A stretch of 64,000 nt of DNA from Acutalibacteraceae bacterium (GCA_045640865.1 JAZUFU010000130.1:12281-76280), one strand, 5' to 3'. Shown: positions 54,875 through 64,000, counted from the stretch's first letter. Notes: generated from the sequence alone by a model not told the origin. Translations and numbers: made by a program.

Positions 54875-56692
54875 TTATTCCACCGTTACACTTTTGGCAA
54901 GATTTTTCGGCTTGTCAATACTGCACCCTTTCATTTTTGCGGTGCAGTAGGCTATCATCTGAAACGGCAGAACCGTCAGCGACGGAGTAAAAATATCCTC
55001 CGTTTTCGGAACATAAATAATCGTATCGTCTGCATCACCTTTGAACTCATTTTCGTTGGTGATGCAGATTATTTTTGCACCTCTCGCTTTGCACTCTTTG
55101 ATGTTACCTTTCGTTTTGGAGAGAGTGCCCGAATCCGTTGCCGCCGCAAGAACGGGAGTTCCGTCCTCAATGAGCGAAATTGTGCCGTGCTTCAGCTCGC
55201 CCGCGGCGTACGCCTCGCAGTGAGTGTAGCTTATCTCCTTTAGTTTCAGCGCGCCCTCCATGGCGGAGCAGTAGTCAAAGCCTCTGCCGATAAAACAGCA
55301 GTAATTCACATCTTTAAGCTGCTGAGCAATTTTTTCGGCATAATTGTCAGATGAAAGAAAATCTTTTATTTTACCCGAAAGCGTGCCTAATTCAGCACAG
55401 AGATTTTTATATTTTTCGCGGTCAATTTTTCCTGCGGAATAAGAAAGGCGAATACACAGCGCATAGATAACCGCAAGCTGTGCGCTGAATGCTTTTGTCG
55501 TCGCGACCGCGACCTCTCTGCCTGCCTTTGTGAGGATAACGCAGTCGCTTTCCTGCGCGATTGTGCTCAGCTCATTGTTGACGATTGAAACAGTTTTGGC
55601 GTTCCGCTTTTTTACTTCGCGCATAGCCGCGAGCGTGTCCGCTGTTTCGCCGCTCTGGCTGATAATCACCGCAAGCGTGTTTTCGTCCGCTGTCGGGCTT
55701 CGGCTGATATATTCCGAGGCGATGTAAGAATAGGCAGGAATTTTTAAAAGCTTCTGCGCCGTGTATGCACCGACCGTGCCCGCGTGGTAGGCGGAGCCGC
55801 AGGCGATAAACTCAATGTGGTTGAGGGATTTGATTTTTTCACGGTTCATTTTAAGGCAGCCGAGCCTTATTTTGCCGTCAACTAAAATATCCTCAAGCGT
55901 CGCTTTGACGGCGGAAGGCTGTTCGTAAATCTCTTTAAGCATGAAATGCTCATAGCTGCCCTTGCCCTCGTACGCTTGAGCCTCGCGGATTTTGACTTCG
56001 GTCTTTCTGATTCTGCACCCGTCAACATCAAAAACCTTCAGCCCGTCTTTTTTGATAATGCCGATTTCCATATCGCCGAGCTTGTAGATTTTGCCGCTGT
56101 TTTTGTAAAACGCCGCAACATCGCTCGCAAGGTAGCCGCCGTCAGCGTCAATGCCCGCAAAAAGGGGACTCGATTTTTTGGCGCAGAAAATGGTGTCGGG
56201 GTAATCGCCGCACATCACGCCGATTGCGTAAGAACCCGAAAGCCTCGGCATGATTTCACTCAGCGCGGATTTGACATCGCCCGAGTACGCGTCCTCAAGC
56301 AGATACGCTATAACCTCCGTGTCAGTCTCGCTTCTGAATGTATATCCCTTACCCGTCAGCTCTGCTTTAAGTTCAGCATAATTTTCTATGATTCCGTTGT
56401 GAACGACGGCAAATTTTCCGTTTTCGCTCAAATGGGGATGGGCGTTTTTCTCATCGGGCGCGCCGTGGGTTGCCCAGCGTGTGTGCCCTATTCCCGTTTT
56501 AGCTCCGCTTTGAATCGGTGCTTTTTCTCTGAGCCTTGACGGACTGCCGACGGTTTTATAAAGTCTGATTTGCCCGTTTTCGAAAATGCCCATGCCTGCG
56601 GAATCATAGCCTCGGTATTCGAGCCGCTCAAGCCCTTGCATAATCACGGGAACAGCCGCCTGAACTCCCGTGTAACCGATAATTCCGCACAT
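54875..56692 (-). CDS. glmS: Glutamine--fructose-6-phosphate aminotransferase
   Basis: MCGIIGYTG.. N-terminal nucleophile Cys, two SIS domains, C-terminal ..LAKSVTVE. Start ATG 56692 (track: 56722). Its stop abuts the stop of the convergent TRIC gene with no spacer. Confidence 0.95.
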   Translation of the reverse strand: MCGIIGYTGVQAAVPVIMQGLERLEYRGYDSAGMGIFENGQIRLYKTVGSPSRLREKAPIQSGAKTGIGHTRWATHGAPDEKNAHPHLSENGKFAVVHNGIIENYAELKAELTGKGYTFRSETDTEVIAYLLEDAYSGDVKSALSEIMPRLSGSYAIGVMCGDYPDTIFCAKKSSPLFAGIDADGGYLASDVAAFYKNSGKIYKLGDMEIGIIKKDGLKVFDVDGCRIRKTEVKIREAQAYEGKGSYEHFMLKEIYEQPSAVKATLEDILVDGKIRLGCLKMNREKIKSLNHIEFIACGSAYHAGTVGAYTAQKLLKIPAYSYIASEYISRSPTADENTLAVIISQSGETADTLAAMREVKKRNAKTVSIVNNELSTIAQESDCVILTKAGREVAVATTKAFSAQLAVIYALCIRLSYSAGKIDREKYKNLCAELGTLSGKIKDFLSSDNYAEKIAQQLKDVNYCCFIGRGFDYCSAMEGALKLKEISYTHCEAYAAGELKHGTISLIEDGTPVLAAATDSGTLSKTKGNIKECKARGAKIICITNENEFKGDADDTIIYVPKTEDIFTPSLTVLPFQMIAYCTAKMKGCSIDKPKNLAKSVTVE

Positions 56693-56742
56693 AAAAAAGA
56701 CCTCTCTTTGTAAACTTTTCAATATAGTTTACGCAGAGAGGT
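56693..56742 (-). terminator. Hairpin/terminator abutting the glmS start codon
   Basis: On the minus strand: ACCTCTCTGCGTAAAC-tatattgaaaa-GTTTACAAAGAGAGGT followed by CTTTTTT, then ATG. The only SD-like sequence for glmS (AGAGAGG) lies in the 3' arm. Confidence 0.6.
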
Positions 56743-56771
56743 TTAATTTATTCTGATTTATGTGGTGTTGC

Positions 56772-57965
56772 TTAGCTTCCGAACATAATAAGCAGGAAGC
56801 CTGCCGCAACAGCGGAGCCGATAACGCCTGCAACATTCGGACCCATTGCGTGCATGAGCAGGAAGTTTGTCGGGTCGGTTTTCGCGCCTTCGTTCTGAGC
56901 AACTCTTGCCGCCATGGGAACCGCCGAAACGCCTGCCGCGCCGATGAGCGGATTTATTTTGCCCTTTGTGATGATATAAAGGAGCTTGCCTATGAGCACG
57001 CCGCCCGCCGTTGAGAATGTGAACGCCATAAGACCAAGGACAACGATTTTTGCTGTTTTCAGCTGAATGAAATCAGTGCCGTTAGCCGTCGCGCCAACGC
57101 AGACGCCGAGCATTATTGTAATAATGTTCATCAGAGCGTTCTGAACTGTGTCGGAAAGACGCTCAACAACGCCGCATTCCTTAAAAAGATTGCCGAGCAT
57201 GAACATACCGAGAAGCGGAGCAACCGAGGGAAGAATCAGCGCAACGAGGGTAAGAACAACTATCGGGAAAATTATCTTTTCGGTTTTGGATACTTTTCTG
57301 AGCTGTGTCATCTTGACCTTGCGCTCTTTTTCGGTTGTGAGGAGCTTCATAATCGGCGGGTGAATAATCGGGATAAGCGCCATGTATGAATACGCCGCAA
57401 GCGCTATGGGAGCGAGAAGGTGTGCCGCGAGCTTTGATGCTAAGAAGATAGCCGTCGGGCCGTCAGCACCGCCGATAATCGCGATTGATGCCGCCTCTGT
57501 GGGCGTGAAGCCTAAAAGAATGGCAACGATGAACGCGATATAAATGCCGAGCTGAGCTGCCGCGCCTAAAAGAAGACTTACGGGATTTGAAAGAAGCGGG
57601 CCGAAGTCGGTCATTGCGCCAACGCCCATGAATATAAGGCACGGGAAAACGCTCGACTTGACGCCGACATACAGTATCCTCAGTACGCCCGACTCATACC
57701 AGTGCGCGCCCTCCACAACATGAGCGGTTTCGGATATATCGCCGAGCATGCCGCCGGTGGTGTCAAGCATGATGTCCGCACCGGGGAGATTGGCAAGAAG
57801 AATGCCGAAAGCAATAGGCACGAGCAGAAGCGGCTCGAATTTTTTGGCGATTGCGAGATACATGAATACGAACGCAACGCCTATCATTACAAGATTTCTC
57901 CAGGTGAGCAGGTAAAATCCCGAGGATTCCCACACACCTCTGAGAACTTCGGTAAATAAATTCAT
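56772..57965 (-). CDS. oadB: Na+-translocating decarboxylase beta subunit
   Basis: 397-aa polytopic protein of the OadB/GcdB/MmdB family (..IIGGADGPTAIF.., ..LLMHAMGPNVAGVIGSAVAAG..). AAGGAGGA RBS. Confidence 0.9.
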   Translation of the reverse strand: MNLFTEVLRGVWESSGFYLLTWRNLVMIGVAFVFMYLAIAKKFEPLLLVPIAFGILLANLPGADIMLDTTGGMLGDISETAHVVEGAHWYESGVLRILYVGVKSSVFPCLIFMGVGAMTDFGPLLSNPVSLLLGAAAQLGIYIAFIVAILLGFTPTEAASIAIIGGADGPTAIFLASKLAAHLLAPIALAAYSYMALIPIIHPPIMKLLTTEKERKVKMTQLRKVSKTEKIIFPIVVLTLVALILPSVAPLLGMFMLGNLFKECGVVERLSDTVQNALMNIITIMLGVCVGATANGTDFIQLKTAKIVVLGLMAFTFSTAGGVLIGKLLYIITKGKINPLIGAAGVSAVPMAARVAQNEGAKTDPTNFLLMHAMGPNVAGVIGSAVAAGFLLIMFGS

Positions 57966-57977
57966 CAGACGTCCTCC

Positions 57978-58352
57978 TTAAATAACGGCGAGAACTTCGT
58001 CTGTGTCAACCGTTGCGCCCTTTGAGGCAATAATCTGCTTAACAGTTCCGTCAACGGGAGCGACAATATCGTTTTCCATTTTCATGGCCTCAAGCACAAA
58101 CAGAACATCGCCTGCCTTGACGCTCTGACCCATGGAAATGTTGACCGCAAGAATGTTGCCGGGCATGGGAGCTGTGATTTTTTCTCCGTCCGCCGTGTCG
58201 GTTCTGTCATTTCTGACAGGCTGAGCCGCAGGCGCGGCAGGAGCTGACGGAGCGGGAGCGAATGAAGCCTTTTTAACAGATGTAAGCACCGCGTCGGTTT
58301 CGGTTACATCCACCTCATAAATTTTACCGTTTAATGCAACTTCATATTTCAT
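57978..58352 (-). CDS. Biotin carboxyl carrier subunit
   Basis: 124 aa; Ala/Pro linker; biotinylation motif LEAMKMEN. Confidence 0.85.
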   Translation of the reverse strand: MKYEVALNGKIYEVDVTETDAVLTSVKKASFAPAPSAPAAPAAQPVRNDRTDTADGEKITAPMPGNILAVNISMGQSVKAGDVLFVLEAMKMENDIVAPVDGTVKQIIASKGATVDTDEVLAVI

Positions 58353-58726
58353 TTTTCTTCCTCCGAAAGCTTTATGGAATTAAATTTAAGTCTGTTCAGC
58401 GGAATACCGCTCTGATGGCTTACGATTGCCATGATGACAGCCGCGTCCTCCTCGGAAACATTTACAAGCTCAATTGTTCCCTCAGACTGATTCTCGGGAA
58501 GCGGAATTCCCGAAACGGGAGCCGCCTTGGGCATGGGACGGGGAGCAGGCTTTTTCTTTTCGTTGATTTTGTCAAATGTCTTGCCCATTGCTTTAACAAA
58601 AATTGCAAGGATTCCGAGAATCAGAAAAACAATAAGGAAGCCGACAAGTGAAATCAGCAGAGTCCTGCTCATGGTCATTTCCGCATTTTCACCGTAAATT
58701 CGGGTGAATACGCCTAAAAACTGCAT
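58349..58726 (-). CDS. oadG: OadG-like small membrane subunit
   Basis: 125 aa, single TM helix (LLISLVGFLIVFLILGILAIFV), between the carboxyltransferase and BCCP genes. GGAGGG RBS inside the 3' end of oadA. Confidence 0.6.
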   Translation of the reverse strand: MQFLGVFTRIYGENAEMTMSRTLLISLVGFLIVFLILGILAIFVKAMGKTFDKINEKKKPAPRPMPKAAPVSGIPLPENQSEGTIELVNVSEEDAAVIMAIVSHQSGIPLNRLKFNSIKLSEEEK

Positions 58727-58727
58727 A

Positions 58728-60113
58728 TTAGCCCTCCTTAACAGCCGTGATGCTGTAGCTGTAGGTGTGTCTTTCTTTTTCGTCTCTTAAATCAAAGAAT
58801 TTCTCGGCAAGCGGGGGGAACGCGATGTAAGAAAGAACATCTTCGTCGCTTCTTGCTCTTTTGCCGAGCTGAGCCTTTGTGCTTTCAAATGCGGGAGCGA
58901 GCGTGTCGGCGTATTTGCCTGTGATAGGCTCGCTGTCGCCGAGAACGAGCTTTTTAAGCTCCTCGCTTATTTCGCCCGGTGCTTTGCCGTATTCGCCCTT
59001 GACATAGCCCGCAACCTCTTTTGAGATTGTCTTGTATCTGCCTGTGAGCACGTTCGCCGTCGCCTGAACGCCGACCATCTGGCTCATCGGTGTAACAAGG
59101 GGAGGATAACCCATATCTTTTCTTACCATCGGCACTTCAGCGAGAACCTCGTCGAGCTTGTCGAGCTTTTTCTGCGCTGTGAGCTGAGCAACAAGGTTGG
59201 AGAGCATACCGCCGGGAATCTGATAATTGAGAGCGTTTGTATCCGTTGCCATGACAAGGGGATTGAGAAGTCCCGAGTCAAGCACCTTCGCTCTTACGGG
59301 CTTGAAGAAATCGTTTACCTCTCTGAGCACAGCGTCGTCAAGGTCAACCTCATAGCCGAGCTGACGCAGAGAATAAGCGAGAGTTTCTGTCGCGGGCTGA
59401 GATGTTCCGCCCGAGAAGCATGATGTTGCGGTGTCGATAACGTCCGCGCCCGCTTCAATTGATTTGAGGATTGTCATATAAGCAAGTCCCGTGGTGCAGT
59501 GCGTGTGAACAACAACGGGAATCTTGACTGTTTCTTTAATGGCTTTTACAAGGTCGTACGCTTCTTTGGGACCCATGATGCCTGCCATGTCCTTGATGCA
59601 GATTGACTGAACGCCCATTTCCTCAAGCTGCTTTGTGTATTTTGCGTAAGCCTCAAGGGTGTGAACGGGGCTCGAGGTGTAGCAGACTGTGCCCGATGCG
59701 TGCGCGCCTCTTTTAACTGCCTCGTCAACTGCGGTTTCAAGGTTTCTTATGTCGTTGAGCGCGTCAAAAATTCTGATAATGTCAATGCCGTTTTCAACGC
59801 TTTTCTCAACGAATTTTCTTACAACATCGTCGGGGTAATGCTTGTAGCCGAGAAGATTCTGACCGCGAAGAAGCATCTGAAGCTTCGTGTCGGGGCACGC
59901 CTTGCGGATTTTGCGCAGTCTCTCCCACGGGTCTTCGTTGAGATAGCGCAGGCATGAGTCAAAGGTTGCTCCGCCCCAGCACTCGATTGAATAATAACCT
60001 GCCTTGTTCATTGTGCAGAGAATACCCTCAAAATCCTCAAAGGGCATTCTTGTTGCGATAAGGGACTGCTGAGCGTCTCTGAGCACGGTTTCTGTAAACT
60101 GTATCTTTTTCAT
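58728..60113 (-). CDS. oadA: Oxaloacetate decarboxylase alpha-type carboxyltransferase subunit (no biotinyl domain)
   Basis: 461 aa: ETVLRDAQQSL.., HTHCTTG metal site, PYC_OADA-type C-terminal region. Confidence 0.85.
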   Translation of the reverse strand: MKKIQFTETVLRDAQQSLIATRMPFEDFEGILCTMNKAGYYSIECWGGATFDSCLRYLNEDPWERLRKIRKACPDTKLQMLLRGQNLLGYKHYPDDVVRKFVEKSVENGIDIIRIFDALNDIRNLETAVDEAVKRGAHASGTVCYTSSPVHTLEAYAKYTKQLEEMGVQSICIKDMAGIMGPKEAYDLVKAIKETVKIPVVVHTHCTTGLAYMTILKSIEAGADVIDTATSCFSGGTSQPATETLAYSLRQLGYEVDLDDAVLREVNDFFKPVRAKVLDSGLLNPLVMATDTNALNYQIPGGMLSNLVAQLTAQKKLDKLDEVLAEVPMVRKDMGYPPLVTPMSQMVGVQATANVLTGRYKTISKEVAGYVKGEYGKAPGEISEELKKLVLGDSEPITGKYADTLAPAFESTKAQLGKRARSDEDVLSYIAFPPLAEKFFDLRDEKERHTYSYSITAVKEG

Positions 60114-60144
60114 TTTAATTACCTTTTTTCTTTAATTTTTATAA

Positions 60145-61524
60145 TTAAAATTCCAGGTTTTTGCCGACATATTCTTCGAGCTCGTCAATTGAGATTCTGA
60201 CCTGCTCCATTGTGTCTCTGTCGCGCACTGTTACGCAGTTGTCCTCAACTGAGTCAAAGTCGAATGTGATGCAAAGCGGTGTGCCGATTTCATCCTGACG
60301 GCGGTAACGCTTGCCGATAGAGCCTGTCTCGTCAAAGTCAACCATGAATTTTTTCTGAAGCTTCTCATAAACCTTGAGAGCCTCGCCTGAGAGCTTCTTG
60401 GAAAGGGGAAGAACCGCCGCCTTGAACGGAGCAATAACGGGGTTGAGGTGAAGAACAACTCTTGTGTCGTTCTTGGCTTCGTCGATAACTTCCTCGTCGT
60501 ATGCTTCGCACAGAAGCGCGAGAACAGTTCTGTCAAGACCGTAGGTTGATTCGATGATGAACGGAATGAACTTTTCGTTCGTTTCGGGGTCAAGATATTC
60601 CATCTTCTGACCGCTGTATTCCTGATGCTTTGTAAGGTCGAAGTTTGTTCTGTTGTGTGTGCCGTTGATTTCGCCCCAGCCGAACGGGAACATGAACTCG
60701 ATATCGCAAGCCGCCTTTGCGTAGTGAGCCAGCTTTTCGTGGTCGTGATAGCGGAGATTTTCGGGAGCTATGCCTAAATCCTGATAATATTTAAGACCGT
60801 AAGCCTTGAAATACTCATAAAGGTCGGTGTCTGTTCCCTCTTTGCAGAAGGTCTGGAATTCCATCTGCTCAAACTCAATTGTTCTGAATGTGAAGTTGCC
60901 GGGTGTGATTTCATTTCTGAAAGCCTTGCCTATCTGACCGATGCTGAAGGGGAGCTTTGCTCTCATGCTGCGCTGAACATTCAGAAAGTTTACATATTCG
61001 CCCTGAGCGTTTTCGGGGCGGAGATATATAACGCTCTTTGCGTTGTTGGTAACGCCGCGGAAGGTCTGGAACATAAGGTTGAACTCGCGGATGTCCGTGA
61101 AGTTGTGCTTGCCGCAGTTGGGGCAGGGGATTGAATGAGCCTTGATGTAGTCAAACATTTCCTCTTTTGTCATGCCGTCTGCGTGAGCGTCGGGGTCAAA
61201 GTCGTCAATAAGATTGTCGGCTCTGTGGCGCATTTTGCATTCCTTGCAGTCAAGAAGCGGGTCGGAGAAGCTGGCAACATGGCCGCTTGCCTCCCATACT
61301 CTCGGGTGCATGAGGATGTCTGCGTCAACCTCGTAGCTGTTCTTTCTCTCCTGGATAAATCTCTTTCTCCATGTGTCTTTTACATTGTTTTTCATCCTTG
61401 CGCCGAGAGGACCGTAATCCCATGTATTCGCAAGTCCGCCGTAAATATCGCTGCCTGCGAAAATGAATCCTCTGTTTTTGCAAAGGTTAACAATCTTTTC
61501 CATCGTTTTGTCTTGGTTCAGCAT
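60145..61524 (-). CDS. glyQS: Glycine--tRNA ligase (alpha2 type)
   Basis: 459 aa: RGFIFAGSDIYGGLANTWDYGPLG, FRNEITPGNFTFRTIEFEQMEFQ. Confidence 0.95.
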   Translation of the reverse strand: MLNQDKTMEKIVNLCKNRGFIFAGSDIYGGLANTWDYGPLGARMKNNVKDTWRKRFIQERKNSYEVDADILMHPRVWEASGHVASFSDPLLDCKECKMRHRADNLIDDFDPDAHADGMTKEEMFDYIKAHSIPCPNCGKHNFTDIREFNLMFQTFRGVTNNAKSVIYLRPENAQGEYVNFLNVQRSMRAKLPFSIGQIGKAFRNEITPGNFTFRTIEFEQMEFQTFCKEGTDTDLYEYFKAYGLKYYQDLGIAPENLRYHDHEKLAHYAKAACDIEFMFPFGWGEINGTHNRTNFDLTKHQEYSGQKMEYLDPETNEKFIPFIIESTYGLDRTVLALLCEAYDEEVIDEAKNDTRVVLHLNPVIAPFKAAVLPLSKKLSGEALKVYEKLQKKFMVDFDETGSIGKRYRRQDEIGTPLCITFDFDSVEDNCVTVRDRDTMEQVRISIDELEEYVGKNLEF

Positions 61525-61680
61525 AATTCGAAAACTCCCTCATTATAATTTATCTGAAATTATAAACTAAATTACATTTCAAGTCAAGGAAATAATGGAA
61601 AAATAACATATGTATTCTTTTTATACAAAAGATTTTATACCTTTACCAAAATATTTGACAAAAAAATATCGCATTTTTTG

Positions 61681-61709
61681 TTTACATATTGAAATAAAAG
61701 TGTTATTAT
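61681..61709 (+). promoter_or_regulatory. Candidate promoter for the PFOR gene
   Basis: TTTACA (61681-61686), 17 bp, TGtTATTAT extended -10 (61704-61709). Confidence 0.4.
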
Positions 61710-61769
61710 ATCAGTTGGTCAATTATTATATTGTATCTTAATTTCCGATTACAAAGGAGGACAAATAAA

Positions 61770-64000
61770 ATGGGCAGAAAAAAATTAACCATGGATGGTA
61801 ATACCGCCGCCGCTCACGTATCTTATGCGTTTACGGAAGTTGCAGGTATCTATCCTATCACCCCGTCCAGCCCTATGGCGGACTATGTTGACCAGTGGTC
61901 AGCACAGGGAAGAAAGAACATCTTCGGCACAACAGTTAAGGTTGCCGAGATGCAGTCAGAAGCAGGTGCTTCAGGTACAGTTCACGGCTCTCTCGCAGCA
62001 GGTGCCATGACAACAACCTACACAGCATCTCAGGGACTTCTTCTCATGATTCCCAACATGTATAAAATTGCAGGTGAGCTTCTTCCCTGCGTGTTCCACG
62101 TATCGGCACGCTGCGTAGCTTCACACGCTCTTAACATCTTCGGCGATCATTCAGACGTTTACGCCTGCCGTCAGACAGGTTTCGCCATGCTCGCTGAAAC
62201 AAATCCCCAGGAAGTTATGGACCTCGGCGCTGTTGCTCACCTTTCGGCAATCGAAGGCAGAGTTCCCTTCATCAACTTCTTCGACGGTTTCCGCACATCT
62301 CATGAAATCCAGAAGATTGAAATCTGGGATTATGAAGACCTCAAGGAAATGTGCGACATGGACGCTGTTGCGGCTTTCAGAAAGAGAGCTCTCAACCCCG
62401 AGCATCCCGTAATGCGCGGTTCTCACGAGAACGACGATATTTTCTTCCAGCATCGTGAAGCCTGCAACAAATATTATGAAGCAATGCCCGAAATCGTTGA
62501 GAAATACATGGGCAAGGTTAACGAAAAGCTCGGCACAAACTATCAGCTCTTCAATTACTATGGCGCACCCGACGCAGAGAACGTTATCGTTGCTATGGGT
62601 TCAATTTGCGACGTTGCTGAGGAAGTTATTGATTACCTTACCGCCAAGGGCGAGAAGGTTGGTCTTCTTAAAGTTCGTCTTTACAGACCTTTCGCAGTTG
62701 ACAAGTTTGTTGACGCTATCCCCGCAACCTGCAAGAAGATTGCTGTTCTTGACAGAACAAAAGAGCCCGGCTCAATCGGCGAGCCTCTCTTCCTTGATGT
62801 TGTTGCCGCTCTTAACGCAAAAGGCAAGGATGACATTAAGGTAATCGGCGGCCGTTACGGTCTCGGTTCAAAGGATACACCCCCCGCAAGCGTATTCGCT
62901 GTTTATGACGAGCTCAAGAAGGACGCTCCCAAGGCTAAATTCACAATCGGCATCAACGACGATGTTACTTATCTCTCACTCGAAGAGAAAGAAGCTCCCA
63001 ACACAGCGGCAGAAGGCACAATCGAGTGCAAATTCTGGGGCCTCGGCGGCGACGGCACAGTTGGCGCAAACAAAGACTCAATCAAAATCATCGGCGACCA
63101 TACCGACAAATTTGCTCAGGCATATTTCCAGTATGACTCAAAGAAAACAGGCGGCGTAACGGTTTCTCACCTTCGTTTCGGTGATAAGCCCATCAAGAGC
63201 CCCTATTATGTAAACAAGGCTGACTTCGTTGCCTGCCACAATCCCTCATACATCGAAAAAGGCTACAAGATGGTTAACGATGTTAAACCCGGCGGCGTAT
63301 TCCTTATCAACTGCCAGTGGGATGCAGCAGAGCTTGCTGAGAAGATGAACGCTGAAACAAAGCGCTACATCGCAAAGAACAATGTTCAGCTTTACACTGT
63401 TAACGCTATCGACCTTGCCGCTAAGATAGGCCTCGGCAAGAGAACAAATACCGTTCTTCAGTCCGCTTTCTTCGCTCTTGCTAATGTTCTTCCCCGTGAA
63501 GAAGCAATCGGCTACATGAAAGAAAAAGCACAGAAGTTCATGAAGAAGGGCATCGAAATCGTTAAGATGAACGAAGACGCAATCGACGCAGGTGCAACAG
63601 CCTATGTTAAGATTGACGTTCCCGCTGAGTGGGCAGACGCTGAGGACGCTCCTGTTGAAGTTAAGACAGAAGGCCCCGCAAAGCTCGTTGAGCAGGTTGA
63701 GAAGATCATGAAGCCCTGCGGTCATATGGACGGCTATGAGCTTTCAGTTGGTGCTTTCTCAGATCATGTTGACGGTACATTCGAGCAGGGCGCAGCAGCT
63801 TATGAGAAGCGCGGCGTTGCTGTTATGGTTCCCGAGTGGAATGCTGACACCTGCGCAAAGTGCAACAAGTGCGCTTATGTATGCCCCCACGCAACAATCA
63901 GACCCTTCGCTCTTAACGAAGAAGAGCTTGCAGGCGCTCCCGACGTAATGAAGAAAGCTCCCAAGCCCGTTGTTAAGACAAATTACACATACACTCTCGC
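61770..64000 (+). CDS. nifJ: Pyruvate:ferredoxin (flavodoxin) oxidoreductase, 5' partial (runs off the window)
   Basis: My own translation from ATG 61770 (AAAGGAGGA RBS): MGRKKLTMDGNTAAAHVSYAFTEVAGIYPITPSSPMADYVDQW..GASGTVHGSL... The frame stays open to 64000, where the ferredoxin-like CAKCNKCAYVCPHA motif appears. It is absent from the ORF track because no stop lies in the window. Confidence 0.95.
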   Translation, partial: MGRKKLTMDGNTAAAHVSYAFTEVAGIYPITPSSPMADYVDQWSAQGRKNIFGTTVKVAEMQSEAGASGTVHGSLAAGAMTTTYTASQGLLLMIPNMYKIAGELLPCVFHVSARCVASHALNIFGDHSDVYACRQTGFAMLAETNPQEVMDLGAVAHLSAIEGRVPFINFFDGFRTSHEIQKIEIWDYEDLKEMCDMDAVAAFRKRALNPEHPVMRGSHENDDIFFQHREACNKYYEAMPEIVEKYMGKVNEKLGTNYQLFNYYGAPDAENVIVAMGSICDVAEEVIDYLTAKGEKVGLLKVRLYRPFAVDKFVDAIPATCKKIAVLDRTKEPGSIGEPLFLDVVAALNAKGKDDIKVIGGRYGLGSKDTPPASVFAVYDELKKDAPKAKFTIGINDDVTYLSLEEKEAPNTAAEGTIECKFWGLGGDGTVGANKDSIKIIGDHTDKFAQAYFQYDSKKTGGVTVSHLRFGDKPIKSPYYVNKADFVACHNPSYIEKGYKMVNDVKPGGVFLINCQWDAAELAEKMNAETKRYIAKNNVQLYTVNAIDLAAKIGLGKRTNTVLQSAFFALANVLPREEAIGYMKEKAQKFMKKGIEIVKMNEDAIDAGATAYVKIDVPAEWADAEDAPVEVKTEGPAKLVEQVEKIMKPCGHMDGYELSVGAFSDHVDGTFEQGAAAYEKRGVAVMVPEWNADTCAKCNKCAYVCPHATIRPFALNEEELAGAPDVMKKAPKPVVKTNYTYTL

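Noticed and set aside
54872-54877. Convergent TRIC-channel gene and glmS stop codons abut with no spacer or terminator
   Set aside because: The observation is real but not unusual in compact genomes. No hairpin is visible, and nothing further can be inferred without transcript data.
56693-56771. glmS ribozyme upstream of glmS
   Set aside because: Only 79 nt lie between oadB and glmS, too short for the ~170-nt ribozyme. The spacer is fully explained by one hairpin.
61525-61769. Glycine T-box leader upstream of glyQS (minus strand)
   Set aside because: The region is AT-rich with no stem I/specifier architecture and no conserved T-box sequence or terminator/antiterminator pair. It reads as a divergent promoter region shared with the PFOR gene.
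1-64000. CRISPR arrays, rRNA/tRNA genes, transposases, integrases, prophage or defence-island genes
   Set aside because: Scanning the intergenic regions found no regularly spaced direct repeats, no cloverleaf-like GC-rich ~75-nt segments and no GGTTCGA-type T-arm motifs. No ORF has recombinase, transposase or phage hallmarks. The gene content is core metabolism, translation and cell envelope.

Overview
This 64-kb window looks like a chromosomal segment of a Clostridia-type Firmicute (Oscillospiraceae/Ruminococcaceae-like). Three things point that way: an ispH-rpsA fusion gene, strong GGAGG-type ribosome-binding sites (RBS), and sigma-A TTGACA-17-TATAAT promoters. All calls rest on reading the ORF track and DNA by eye; no searches were run.

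The content is almost entirely core housekeeping. In order along the window:
- cmk-plsC-ispH/rpsA, ychF and serC-serA, then pepV-nudF-maf.
- A PBP2 + RodA/FtsW pair, then efp.
- A PucR-type regulator followed by ftsE-ftsX, a coiled-coil M23 peptidase and an S41 peptidase.
- An autoregulated zur-znuACB operon.
- The rpmG-secE-nusG-rplKAJL ribosomal cluster.
- udg4-ribF and typA, then mltG.
- glmS, a four-gene Na+-translocating oxaloacetate-type decarboxylase, glyQS, and the 5' part of pyruvate:ferredoxin oxidoreductase.

I saw no rRNA or tRNA genes, no CRISPR array, and no transposase, integrase or prophage. There is no obvious multi-gene defence island.

The most unusual item is a single 859-aa ORF (18993-21572). 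It fuses a Tet(M)/EF-G-type ribosome-binding GTPase to a YacP/Rae1-type NYN ribonuclease domain.

Secondary oddities:
- The S41 peptidase has Cys at the expected Ser nucleophile position.
- An unlisted 39-aa amphipathic peptide ORF has a motif that recurs at the C-terminal ends of two secreted proteins of unknown function.
- A ~350-nt GC-rich structured intergenic element after maf may be an ncRNA or a repeat.
- A perfect 27-bp Fur-family palindrome lies over the zur promoter.
- A duplicated CTCCC..GGGAGG hairpin motif precedes both rplK and rplA.
- A hairpin that sequesters the Shine-Dalgarno (SD) sequence sits where a glmS ribozyme might be expected.
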